DNA of 64,000 nucleotides from Naegleria gruberi (Eukaryota), in NCBI GenBank assembly GCA_000004985.1, contig GG738929.1; one strand, 5' to 3'. Within the stretch, counting starts at the first letter, position 1, and each line of letters starts with the position of its first letter. Both the position numbers and the translations under genes were made by a program. Positions 42,143 through 52,123 of the stretch are shown in pieces. Below the pieces are notes generated by a model. It was given only the letters and a program-made list of their open reading frames with translations. It was not told the origin of the DNA and did not search any database.

Positions 42143-43318
42143 TTATTCAATGCTAACAACCTTTGGACCATAACCAACAGTTGTGTGGATCAAATATCTC
42201 AATCCATCAGCATCAATCTTAACAGAAGTGGACTTCTTGAATGATTCAACCATTTCAGTATATTGCTTCATTTCAGTAACGAATGGTTCCTTAGAGAAGA
42301 ATTGTTCTTGATTTGATGGTGGGAAGAAAGCATGTAAAATAGCCAAAAACTTGTTAGTAACTTCCTTGTTAGGGAAGAAGAGAACAGCATTTGGACCAGC
42401 ATCAAAAGTATAAGCAACCTTCAAATTTTCAACACCATTTCCATCATCGAAAGCATTGAAATCCTTAACCAATTGAACAATTTGGTTAGAAGTTTCATTC
42501 ATATAATAAATAGCTGGTTCAGTATCAGCACAACAAGCGTGCATATTATCAGAATCATCCATAGTTAATGTAGCAAAAAGATTAAAATCTTTAGTCTTCA
42601 AAGCCTTATCCATTTCAATCATTCTTTGTGGAACAATTTCACTAGCTCTAACCTTCAATAATTTAGAAGTAATTACAGATTGTTGCATTCCTGATGTACT
42701 TGGAGTGTGTTTTTGTCTATCAGAAACAACACAAACAACAATATTAGTTTGCTTTGAGAAATCATCATGTTCATCCAAAACTTGAATAGCCTTACTTGTT
42801 TCATGATCGTGACCCTTTTCCCAAGCAACATATCCTCCGTACAATGATCTACAAGCACTACCACTTCCCAATCTTGCAATAATACTCAAATCAGATTTAA
42901 CTTCAAATAATTGACCCAAAGCAAAAACTAAACAACAATAACCAGAAGCACTTGATGCTAAACCAGCTGCTGTTGGGAAGTTATTGGTAGAATCAATATG
43001 AACATAAATTTCTTGATCCTTGTTTGGACGTTCAGTGTACCATTTAGCTGTAGCTGCTTTACGAATTTCTTGGAAAACTCTTTGAATACGTTTACTTCCT
43101 TGAACATCTTCCTTCTTTCCATTCAAAATTAATTCATCACAAGGAAATTCAGTACTAGCTTGAACAGTGGTAGTAGTCTTTAAATCATCTTGGTTAAGAG
43201 TAGCAGAGAGAGATGAATTTAATGGAATGTGTTCTGCTTCATTTTCCTTTCCCCAATATTTGATGACGGCAATATTAACAGGACTTGTACAAGTGAATTT
43301 AGGTGAAGTGAATGACAT
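42143..43318 (-). CDS. mvd: Diphosphomevalonate decarboxylase (mevalonate pyrophosphate decarboxylase)
   Basis: GHMP-kinase family motifs are present: NIAVIKYWGK, PTAAGLASSASGYCCLV, GSGSACRSL and AYTFDAGPNAVLF. It is a full-length 391-aa ORF with a real ATG. Confidence 0.9.
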   Translation of the reverse strand: MSFTSPKFTCTSPVNIAVIKYWGKENEAEHIPLNSSLSATLNQDDLKTTTTVQASTEFPCDELILNGKKEDVQGSKRIQRVFQEIRKAATAKWYTERPNKDQEIYVHIDSTNNFPTAAGLASSASGYCCLVFALGQLFEVKSDLSIIARLGSGSACRSLYGGYVAWEKGHDHETSKAIQVLDEHDDFSKQTNIVVCVVSDRQKHTPSTSGMQQSVITSKLLKVRASEIVPQRMIEMDKALKTKDFNLFATLTMDDSDNMHACCADTEPAIYYMNETSNQIVQLVKDFNAFDDGNGVENLKVAYTFDAGPNAVLFFPNKEVTNKFLAILHAFFPPSNQEQFFSKEPFVTEMKQYTEMVESFKKSTSVKIDADGLRYLIHTTVGYGPKVVSIE

Positions 43319-43620
43319 TTTTTTTTTAAAGGCTTGGTTGTTAAATGATTAAATTTTAACTTGAGCGAACGTTGCAAGGATGACAAAACGGTGAACGAAT
43401 TAACAAGCTATTAGGAAGCTAGGCAATTTGATCTTTTTGATGAACAGTCAGTGTGGTGGTAACCTCAGCTTGAAATTAATATCATTAGAAGTAATAATAA
43501 TAATTTGTAATTGATTCTGCTACAGCATTGAAAGCCTTGTGTGAGGAGAGGCATAGACACTTTGAAGAGAGTTGTGTGATGAAGAATTAAAAGAATCGGA
43601 AATAAATAGGAAGAAAAAAA

Positions 43621-44524
43621 ATGTCCAACAATAAACAAGAAGATTTTGATGACCTTGACGATATTCTCGAAAGTAAGTGGTTAGATTCCGATCGGATTAA
43701 AATTAAACAATCGGATCAAAATAGATGCTTTAAATGAATTTGATGAAGCACCAAAAACACCATCATCTGAAAAGAAAACATCAGCATCATCACCTGTAGC
43801 ATCATCTTCTGCTGATGCTTCTTCATCATCAAACTTGGAACCAAATGATATTGATTTGGATGATATTTTACAGAAAACATTTACTCCACAAGAAAAGGAA
43901 GTTGTAAATCATTTAACAGAACAAGTGACTAAATTTTTCAATGAATTGGAACAAACTGAAGGAGGTGAAAAGTCTAGTAATTTCCAAAATGCATTACATA
44001 ATACATTAAATTTATTAAATCAAAATGTAGAATCAATGAATGATACAACAAATACTTCTAATACTGGTAGTAGTAGTGGTGGTGATAATTCAGGAGAAGA
44101 AGAACCAGTTGATGAAGGAGCCTTTTCAAATCTTTTACAAAGTATGATGGAAGTACTAATGTCACCTGATATTCTTAGACAACCAATGGAAGAATTAAGA
44201 GAAAAATATCCAATATGGTTGGATCAAAATAGAGGAAAAGTTGCTGATGAAGAATATCAACGTATTCAAAAACAATATGATTTATGTTGTAAAATTTGTA
44301 ATGTTTATGAAACGAGCAAGTATCCAGATGCTATTGATGAATTGATAGAATTAATGAAAGCAATGCAAGAACAAGGTCAACCACCAGAAGAAATTGTTAG
44401 TCAATTATCTAAAGCTGAAGGAGGTTCTGAAGAAGAATCTCAAGTTCAAAAACTTTTACAAGGACTCAAATTTACTGATGCTGCAGGAGGTGCTGGTGGT
44501 AAAGGAGGTTGTCCAACTCAATAA
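43621..44524 (+). CDS. pex19: Peroxin-19 (PEX19), 2 exons: join(43621..43672, 43725..44524), with a C-terminal CaaX box CPTQ
   Basis: The N-terminal acidic motif is DFDDLDDILE...LNEFDEA. The central/C-terminal PEX19 core is LLQSMMEVLMSPDILRQPMEELREKYPIWLDQNRGKVADEEYQRIQKQYDLCCKICNVYE. The gene ends in CPTQ. The intron is a 52-nt GTAAGT...ATAG. Confidence 0.8.
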
Positions 44525-44673
44525 ATTCATTTCTTACAAATTTTATTAGAATGAAACTCATTAATACCTTAATGTAATGAATGCAAGTTTATAAGTTCAA
44601 TGAACTCTGACTTTCTAATAGTGTTGCCTTGTTATTCTCATTTTCCAGCCAAGTTTTATATTCCTTAATATCA

Positions 44674-44723
44674 NNNNNNNNNNNNNNNNNNNNNNNNNNN
44701 NNNNNNNNNNNNNNNNNNNNNNN
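44674..44723. other. Assembly gap (50 N)
   Basis: Run of n characters. Confidence 1.
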
Positions 44724-44972
44724 TGAGGATCCCGTGCTGATTTTTGCTGTAATTTCCATCAATTCGGAATGACTATCTTTCTGCTTAATAAAATCGAGTG
44801 GTTTCAATGAAATAATTACAGGGACAATTTATTTCTTCTATCTTTACTCTATTAGAGTTATCATATCTAGTAGAATTTATTTCTTTCATGTCTGATGAAG
44901 CCTTCGTTTTATTTCTCCTTTTGGTCGTTGTAATTTGCAAAAAAAAATTCAACTCGAAAAAAATATTTAACG

Positions 44973-46552
44973 ATGAAGATCTCAAAACTTGTTAAGAATA
45001 CCAAGAATTTAATCTCAACAAATAATAGATGCTTCTCTACTTGTGTTAATAACAAGGGAAGCGTTATTGGATCTCCTGCTGAAATTCCTCTTTCTAGCTT
45101 CTACCCAGGAGCTCCTCATCTTCCAAAGGATATTGATGCTAAAGAAGAATCACTTGTTTTCCAAACACAAACATCAACTCTTCCAAACGGTTTGAACGTT
45201 GTTTCAACTGTAAGTAATAATAATAATAACAAGAAGAGAAGACTTATTCCGCGGTAATAACGATTTTTATTGGAAATTATGATGTCAATGACGACGATGT
45301 ATTTAATGATGAAAATTTAAAAAATTAATTTTAATAGGATTCTACTTCAAGAGGAGTTAGTGTTGTCAGTCTTTTTGTCAATGCTGGATCCCGTTTTGAA
45401 ACATATCGTACAAGCGGTGTTTCTCACTTTGTTGAAAAGTTCTTCTTCTCAAGCACAAACAATAGAAGTTTGTTGAGATTGACAAGCGAATTACAAAAGA
45501 CTGGTGCTAGTGTTAGCGCTCAAACTGGTCGTGAACATATTGTATATCAAGCTGAAGCTTTGCGTGAATCAGTTCCTCTTGTTGTGGAACTTATGGCAAA
45601 CTCTGTTTTGCAAGGTAGATTGCATCCATGGGATTTGGAACCAAAGGCTGAAGCTGTTAAACGTGATATTTCTGAATTCCAAAACAATGCTCAATTCGTT
45701 TTGAATGAAGCTCTCCATCATACTGCTTTCAATGGTGAAACTCTTGGTCGTTCACTCTTGTGTCCACCACACAATGTCTCAAAGATTGATACTGATATTG
45801 TTTTGTCTTACATGAACAATTTATATGTTGCTCCACGTATGACTTTGGTTGGTACTAACATTTCACACGAAGAACTCAAAGAATTAGCTAATGTTTTGTT
45901 CTCATCAATTCCATCACAAGTTTCTGAAAGACCAGAAGGTGAACATTTCACTTTTGAAAAGTCCGAATATGTTGGAGGTGACTTGCAAATTCACGAACAT
46001 TCTCATGCTGGTACTCAAGCTATTTTGGCTTATAAGGGACCATCTCTCACTTGTTCTAAACATGTAGCATATCTTGTTTTGTCTGAACTTTTGGGACAAA
46101 CTACCAACAAGTATACTGGATCTGTTAATCACAGTGCTTCCAGATTGGCCAAGTCTGTTAAGAATGTTGAATTTGGATCTTCATTTGTTTCATCATACTC
46201 TGATAATGGTTTGTTCGGAGTCTTCCTTGCTGGTAAGAATGCTAAGGAAGTTTCCTCAGCTGTTCAATCCACAGTTGCTGAATTGAGCTCTGTTCAATCT
46301 ACTTTGACTGCTAAAGCTCTTGAAGGTGCTAAGAATCACGCTTTGCTCAAGCTCTACAACTCTGTTTCATCAAGTGTTGGTTTGCACGAACACACTGCTA
46401 CTTATGGTGGTGTCCAACAAGTAGCTCAAGCTATTTCTTCTGTCAGTGCTGCTGATGTTATTGAAGTTGCTAAGACTTTGTTGCAATCTAAGCCAACTTT
46501 GGTTTCTTATGGTGATCTTAACGGAATGATCAAGACTAGAAACATTCAATAA
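44973..46552 (+). CDS. Mitochondrial M16-family non-catalytic subunit (cytochrome bc1 core protein 2 / MPP-alpha-like), 2 exons: join(44973..45209, 45338..46552)
   Basis: There is a mitochondrial presequence. The degenerate zinc motif is HFVEK rather than HxxEH. The C-terminal segment SYSDNGLFGVFLAG matches core-2 SYSDSGLFG. The 128-nt intron is GTAAGT...TTAATAG. A 50-N gap lies just upstream at 44674..44723. Confidence 0.75.
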
Positions 46553-46652
46553 TTCTTTTTTGTTATAGAAAAACCGGTGAAAAAAAGTCAAAAGGGAGGG
46601 TCCTTTTATAATACCCTTATATAAATTAAAAAAAATCAATTTCTAAAATAGT

Positions 46653-49600
46653 TTATTTAATTTCTAATATTCCAAGTTTGAGTTCAATATCTTGTCTTGA
46701 TAAAATACGTGCTTGATGAATAACAGTATATCTATTATTGGATGAAATTGGAATTCCTTGTGAGAGCATGATATCAGTAACTTCAATAACCTTATCAGTT
46801 GCATGTAAAATTGTCAATTCCAAATACTTGTTCATTAAATCTTCAATTGAAAAGATATCTTCATATTGTAATGAATCTTGATTTTCAAATAATGATTCAT
46901 CACTCATTAATTGTTGAAATAATAAACTAGTTTCAAAATAATCTGAAAAATCTCTACAATTATGAGTTAACAAGTATAATGTTAATAAATCTCTTCTTGT
47001 TTCTCTATTTCTCAAATTATAAAAACACCACAATGCAGTAATAAATTGTCTTCTATGACATGTCATTAAAATTCCATTCAAAGTTCCAACATTATCAAGT
47101 GGAATTAGAGATTTTTCAATTAATTGTTTAATTCTATTTTGAGATTTTCCTTTCAAAATAATTAAAGTAATATAATAATAAATTTCATCATTCTTTTCAA
47201 TATTATTTTCCTTATTTGTAATTATATTTAAAATATTATTAACATGATAAGTATCATCATTTGGTAAAGTTATCATTTCTAAACCTTTCAAATAACAAGT
47301 TGTAATTAAAGTTAGAAATTTTTGAACATTTTCATCAACTTTTGAATTTTTCCAATTTAAAACAGAATTAAAAATAGATTTTTGTAATTCTGGATTTTTT
47401 CTTAAATGAATATTTTGTAATTCATTAAATAAATTTAAAACAATATCCAAAGATGGAATTAAATTATAAACTTGATAAATTTCTTTAAATATAGAAACTG
47501 CTTTTGTAAAATAATTTTTATGTTGTAAATAAGATTTAATAATTAATCTAAAAGTTTCCAAATTTGGTTTTACCATATTTTGTTTTAATTGTAAATAAAA
47601 AAATTCAATTTTTTCTAAATTTTTTTCCTTTTCATAAATTTCAATTAAAATATTATAAGCATTAACATTTTTAGGATATAATCTAATTATATTATTACAA
47701 ATTTCAATTGTTTTTTCTATATTTATATTTAAATAATATTGTGCCATTAAATCATAAGTTTCTATATTTGGAAAACTTTCTAAAAATGAAGTCATTTCTT
47801 CAATTAGTAATTTAAATGATTTTGAATTATTTTGATTTAATAAATATAAAAGTAATAAATTACAAATTTCAGTATTTAAAATTATTGAATCATTATAATT
47901 TTCAATAAATTTTTTAATTTCATCTTGTTTTTCAAAAATTAATTGTCCTTTTAAGTAAATTCTTTTTGTATTTGTATTATTTTCTAAATTTGGTAATTTA
48001 ATTAAAACATCTTGATAAAATGAAAATATTTTGTTTACATGTTTTAAATATTTTGATTCATTTAAGTGACTAGTTTCCATTTCTATAATTGTTTCAAATA
48101 TTAAATTAAATAAATTTGTTAAAAATTCAATTTTTTCATTTGTAAAATTTTTTAAATTATTAATTAAAAAATTAAAAATATTTGCTGCTATAAATGGTTT
48201 ATCTAATTTGGTACATAAAATTTCAATTACATTTTTAATAATTTCCTTTTCATTATTTAATTTTTCCAATTCAATAAAATTTAAATTTAAAATTAAATTT
48301 TCAATTAAATTATTTTCATTATTTTCATTTAAATATTTTAATTTAAATTCATTTGCAAATTCCAAATCTTTTTGTGTTGAAGAATTTTGAATTAATTTTT
48401 CATAAATTAAATTTAAAGTTTCATTTTCAATTTTTAAATTTAATTTTTTTAAATTTCCAAAAATTTCTAATGCAACATCTAAATTATTTATATTTTTAAT
48501 TAATTGATTTAAAATTTTACTTTTTTGTTCATTAGTTAAATTTGTTTGATTTTTAAAATTTCTATAAATAAATGATAAATTATTTCCAAATATAGTTGAT
48601 ATATTATTAATTAATCTATTTAAATATTCATTATCATATTCATTAATATTATTTAAATAATTATTAATACAATAATTAAAATAATTTAAAATTAATTGAT
48701 TACTATTTCCATCTTTTAATATATTTGCTTTATATGGTAATATTTCTATTCTTAATTTTGTACAAATTTCAAATAAATTTAATGATGACATGTCATTTGC
48801 CATAAATTTTAAAGCTAATTTAAATGAAATTGTAAAATTTGATTTAATTTTAGAAAATAATTTTCTAATCATTTCAATATTTCCATTTTTATCATAAAAA
48901 GTTAATAATAAAGAAAATTCTTCATCATTTAAATTATCTAAATTTGGTAAAATAAATTCATCAATTAAATTTTCATTTCCATTAAATTCAATTAATTTAA
49001 TTAAAAAAGATTTAAAATTTTTATAATTTTTAAAATTTAAAATTAATTCATTTAAATTTTTAGAATTTAAAATAAATAATTCTTTTGTTTTTTCATTAAT
49101 TAAATTATTATTTGTATTTATAAATTTAAATAATTCATCAACATTTAAATTTTTTTTAATCATATTTTCAATTACTAAATTAATTAAATCAATTTCAAAA
49201 TTATTTTTCTTTTTTAAAAATTTTGAATTTAATAATTCAATTGCTTCATTAATTCCATCATATTTAATTAAAGTTTCAATTGATTTTTTATAAATTTCAT
49301 TTTTTTTATCAATATTTCCAATATTATCAATTATTCTATTTATGGAATTTAATATACTTTTATTATAATCAATTAAATTTATATTATTTTCATTTTTATT
49401 CATTATTAATATTGTATTAAATAATTTTAAATAAATTTCACTTGTTTTATTTGGAATATTATTAAAATATAATAATCCATTTTGTAATGATTCCTTTTTT
49501 AGTATATTTTCTAATTCAATTTCATATGAAAATGTATTTTCATCTTTTTCAATATATTTTAATATTATATTTTGAATATTTTCATAAATTTCATTATAAT

Positions 49601-50153
49601 TTATATTTTCTAATTTATTAATAGGAGTATTAATAGTATTTATTGTATTATTTGAATTAATTGTTATATTTGAATTTATATTTAAATTATTATTGATATT
49701 ATTAGTATTACTGTTATTGAAAGTTGTTGAATAATTTCTAATAGAAAATAATCTTGTTGTTGTTGTTGTTGATAATACTTCGGAAGATGATGTTGATTTA
49801 AAACTAGTTAAAGATTTCTTGTTCAATTGATTATTTAAACAATCATTATGATAATATTGTTGTTGTTGATAATGATGAATTAAACGAACAATAAGATTAC
49901 TAGTAGTATTGTTGTTGTGATACACACGATGATGATTTAATAATTTAGCCTTTTGCATCATTTTTTTCAATTTTTCAAAAAAACATGAAGCATAATTAAA
50001 ATCAAGCCTTGACAAGTAAATGTGCATAATAATACTACTATCAAAAACAGAGTATATTAGTCTTAACATATCATCAACAAATACTTGGAAGAAAAAGTCA
50101 ATTTGATTGAAGCCTTTATCAAAGGCTAAAAATTCATTAAAAAAAATGAACAT
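46653..50153 (-). CDS. Very AT-rich helical-repeat protein, probably PPR/TPR-like (organellar RNA-binding type), about 1100 aa
   Basis: It is a long ORF dominated by N/I/K/L, with recurring 35-aa-like helical units (for example YNILIEIYEKEKNLEKIEFFYLQLKQNMVKPNLETFRLIIKSYL). The start is uncertain: the ATG at 50153 would overlap the NSUN gene start head-to-head, and an internal MM at 49961 is an alternative. Confidence 0.45.
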   Translation of the reverse strand: MFIFFNEFLAFDKGFNQIDFFFQVFVDDMLRLIYSVFDSSIIMHIYLSRLDFNYASCFFEKLKKMMQKAKLLNHHRVYHNNNTTSNLIVRLIHHYQQQQYYHNDCLNNQLNKKSLTSFKSTSSSEVLSTTTTTRLFSIRNYSTTFNNSNTNNINNNLNINSNITINSNNTINTINTPINKLENINYNEIYENIQNIILKYIEKDENTFSYEIELENILKKESLQNGLLYFNNIPNKTSEIYLKLFNTILIMNKNENNINLIDYNKSILNSINRIIDNIGNIDKKNEIYKKSIETLIKYDGINEAIELLNSKFLKKKNNFEIDLINLVIENMIKKNLNVDELFKFINTNNNLINEKTKELFILNSKNLNELILNFKNYKNFKSFLIKLIEFNGNENLIDEFILPNLDNLNDEEFSLLLTFYDKNGNIEMIRKLFSKIKSNFTISFKLALKFMANDMSSLNLFEICTKLRIEILPYKANILKDGNSNQLILNYFNYCINNYLNNINEYDNEYLNRLINNISTIFGNNLSFIYRNFKNQTNLTNEQKSKILNQLIKNINNLDVALEIFGNLKKLNLKIENETLNLIYEKLIQNSSTQKDLEFANEFKLKYLNENNENNLIENLILNLNFIELEKLNNEKEIIKNVIEILCTKLDKPFIAANIFNFLINNLKNFTNEKIEFLTNLFNLIFETIIEMETSHLNESKYLKHVNKIFSFYQDVLIKLPNLENNTNTKRIYLKGQLIFEKQDEIKKFIENYNDSIILNTEICNLLLLYLLNQNNSKSFKLLIEEMTSFLESFPNIETYDLMAQYYLNINIEKTIEICNNIIRLYPKNVNAYNILIEIYEKEKNLEKIEFFYLQLKQNMVKPNLETFRLIIKSYLQHKNYFTKAVSIFKEIYQVYNLIPSLDIVLNLFNELQNIHLRKNPELQKSIFNSVLNWKNSKVDENVQKFLTLITTCYLKGLEMITLPNDDTYHVNNILNIITNKENNIEKNDEIYYYITLIILKGKSQNRIKQLIEKSLIPLDNVGTLNGILMTCHRRQFITALWCFYNLRNRETRRDLLTLYLLTHNCRDFSDYFETSLLFQQLMSDESLFENQDSLQYEDIFSIEDLMNKYLELTILHATDKVIEVTDIMLSQGIPISSNNRYTVIHQARILSRQDIELKLGILEIK

Positions 50154-52022
50154 TTCAACCTTGAAGGCTTTTTCTGTTCGGAGATTAAATCATCACCATC
50201 ATCAATTCTATAATATTATCAATCCATATTCATATCATCAACAACAACAACAACAATTATTTTCAACATGTTTATTTACATTCAATAAGGATAATTTAAA
50301 TGAAAAGATTTTTAAAAATTCTAAAAAGCCTTCTTTCCAACAATCAAAACAAAGACATCATTCTAATAATACAAAACATTCTAATAATAATTCTAATAAT
50401 AATAACAAATCATCATCATATCATATAATAATAAAAAGAATGAAAAATATCCAAAAGAAGAAATTCTTGCAAAATTAGAACAAATTAAACAATTTGAAGA
50501 AAATCTTCAACAAGAATCAACATTAAATAATTTTCCATTTGTAGAAAGACATACTATATCAATATTATATCATTATCATCAAATATTAATTCAACAATCA
50601 AATTATCCATTAGATTTATTTATTTCAAATTATTTAAAAAAAAATAATATTGGAAAAAATAACAAACATTTAATTATTTCTTCATGTTATGAAATTGAAA
50701 AATTATATTTATTATTAGATTATTTAATTAAAAATTATGATTTTAAATTAATTGAATCTAAATTATTAATTTCATTAGATCAATATATAAATAGAATTAA
50801 TCAAATTAAAATTAAACAATTAGGTCCAAATTCAAATTTATTACCAAAATCAGTAACTTTTGTTGAAGAAAATAAGAAAACTGTTTTACATTGGAGATTA
50901 ATTTATTTTATTTATATTGATAGATTTTATACTAAAAATTTTATTAATTCTATAAATGATTTATATTCTCAATTTGGTAATATTCCTAAAAATATATTAA
51001 CTAGTTGTCCTTCTCAATTATTTGATTTATTTAAAGAAGATTATAATTTACAATATGCTATTGAATTATCTCAAATTAATTTAACTGAAGCTCCTGTTTT
51101 TGCTCGTTTAAATGATTTGAAATTTAATTCTCTTTCTAATAATAGTAATATTATTTCTAATAATAATAATAGTAGTAATAATACCAGTAGTAATAATAGT
51201 GAAAATAATGATAATTCTAATTCTTCTAATATTTCTAATAACAATTCAAATGAAAAGATAATATTAAAAAAGTTTATTAATAGATTATCAAATAATTATT
51301 CTGAAATTGTTGGACAAATATTACCAAGTGAAAATTCTAAATTTGGATTTAAATTTGAAAAAAAAGCAGAATTTAGACAATGGAAAGAATATAAAGAAGG
51401 ATTATTTGATATTCAAGATGAATCATCTCAATTAATAGTTCAAGAATTAATTAGAAATATTGTAATGAAAGAAATTAAAACATTAAAACCATTAATTTTA
51501 GATTATTGTTGTGGAACTGGTGGTAAAACATTTGCATTTGCAGGTTGTTTAAATGGAAAGGGACAAATTTATATGCATGATGTACGTTCTGAAAAATTAT
51601 TTCCCGAATTAAAAAGAAGAGCACAAAGATTAGGAATTGAAAATATTCAACCCATTGAACATGATCATTCACATTGGGATAAATTGAAAGATAAAATGAA
51701 TTTAGTATTGTGTGATGTTCCATGTACAGGAACAGGTACTTTGAGAAGAAATGTTGAAACCAAGTACAAGATTAATTATCAATGGTTACAAGAATTAACT
51801 GAAAAACAACGTGATATTATTCAAAAAGCAATTCCATTCGTTAAACAAGATGGTTATTTCCTCTATTCTACATGTTCAATTTTGAAAAAGGAAAATGAAA
51901 AACAATTGGAATGGATTTTGAAAAAGTACAAGAATTTCCAACTCGTTCACACTGTAAAGATTTTACCAACCATTGATGGTTCAGATGGAATGTATGGTGT
52001 TTTATTAAAGAGAATAAATTAA
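50146..52022 (+). CDS. NOL1/NOP2/Sun-family RNA (cytosine-5)-methyltransferase (short NSUN4-like form), with a frame discontinuity near 50400..50480
   Basis: Motif I is LDYCCGTGGKT, motif IV is CDVPCTGTGTLRRN, and motif VI is LYSTCSI. A long open frame runs from about 50406 to 52022. The track lists only its C-terminal 301 codons, from the first ATG at 51117. A separate ORF (ATG 50146, MNISTLKAFSVRRLNHHHH, presequence-like) ends at 50478 in another frame. Confidence 0.55.
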
Positions 52023-52123
52023 TTTATTGATATATTATTAAATGATAACTTGACTTGTTACTTTCAAGTTATTCTTCTAAATATGAAATTCTATGATAAA
52101 TAAAATGAATGAGATGAATGAAA

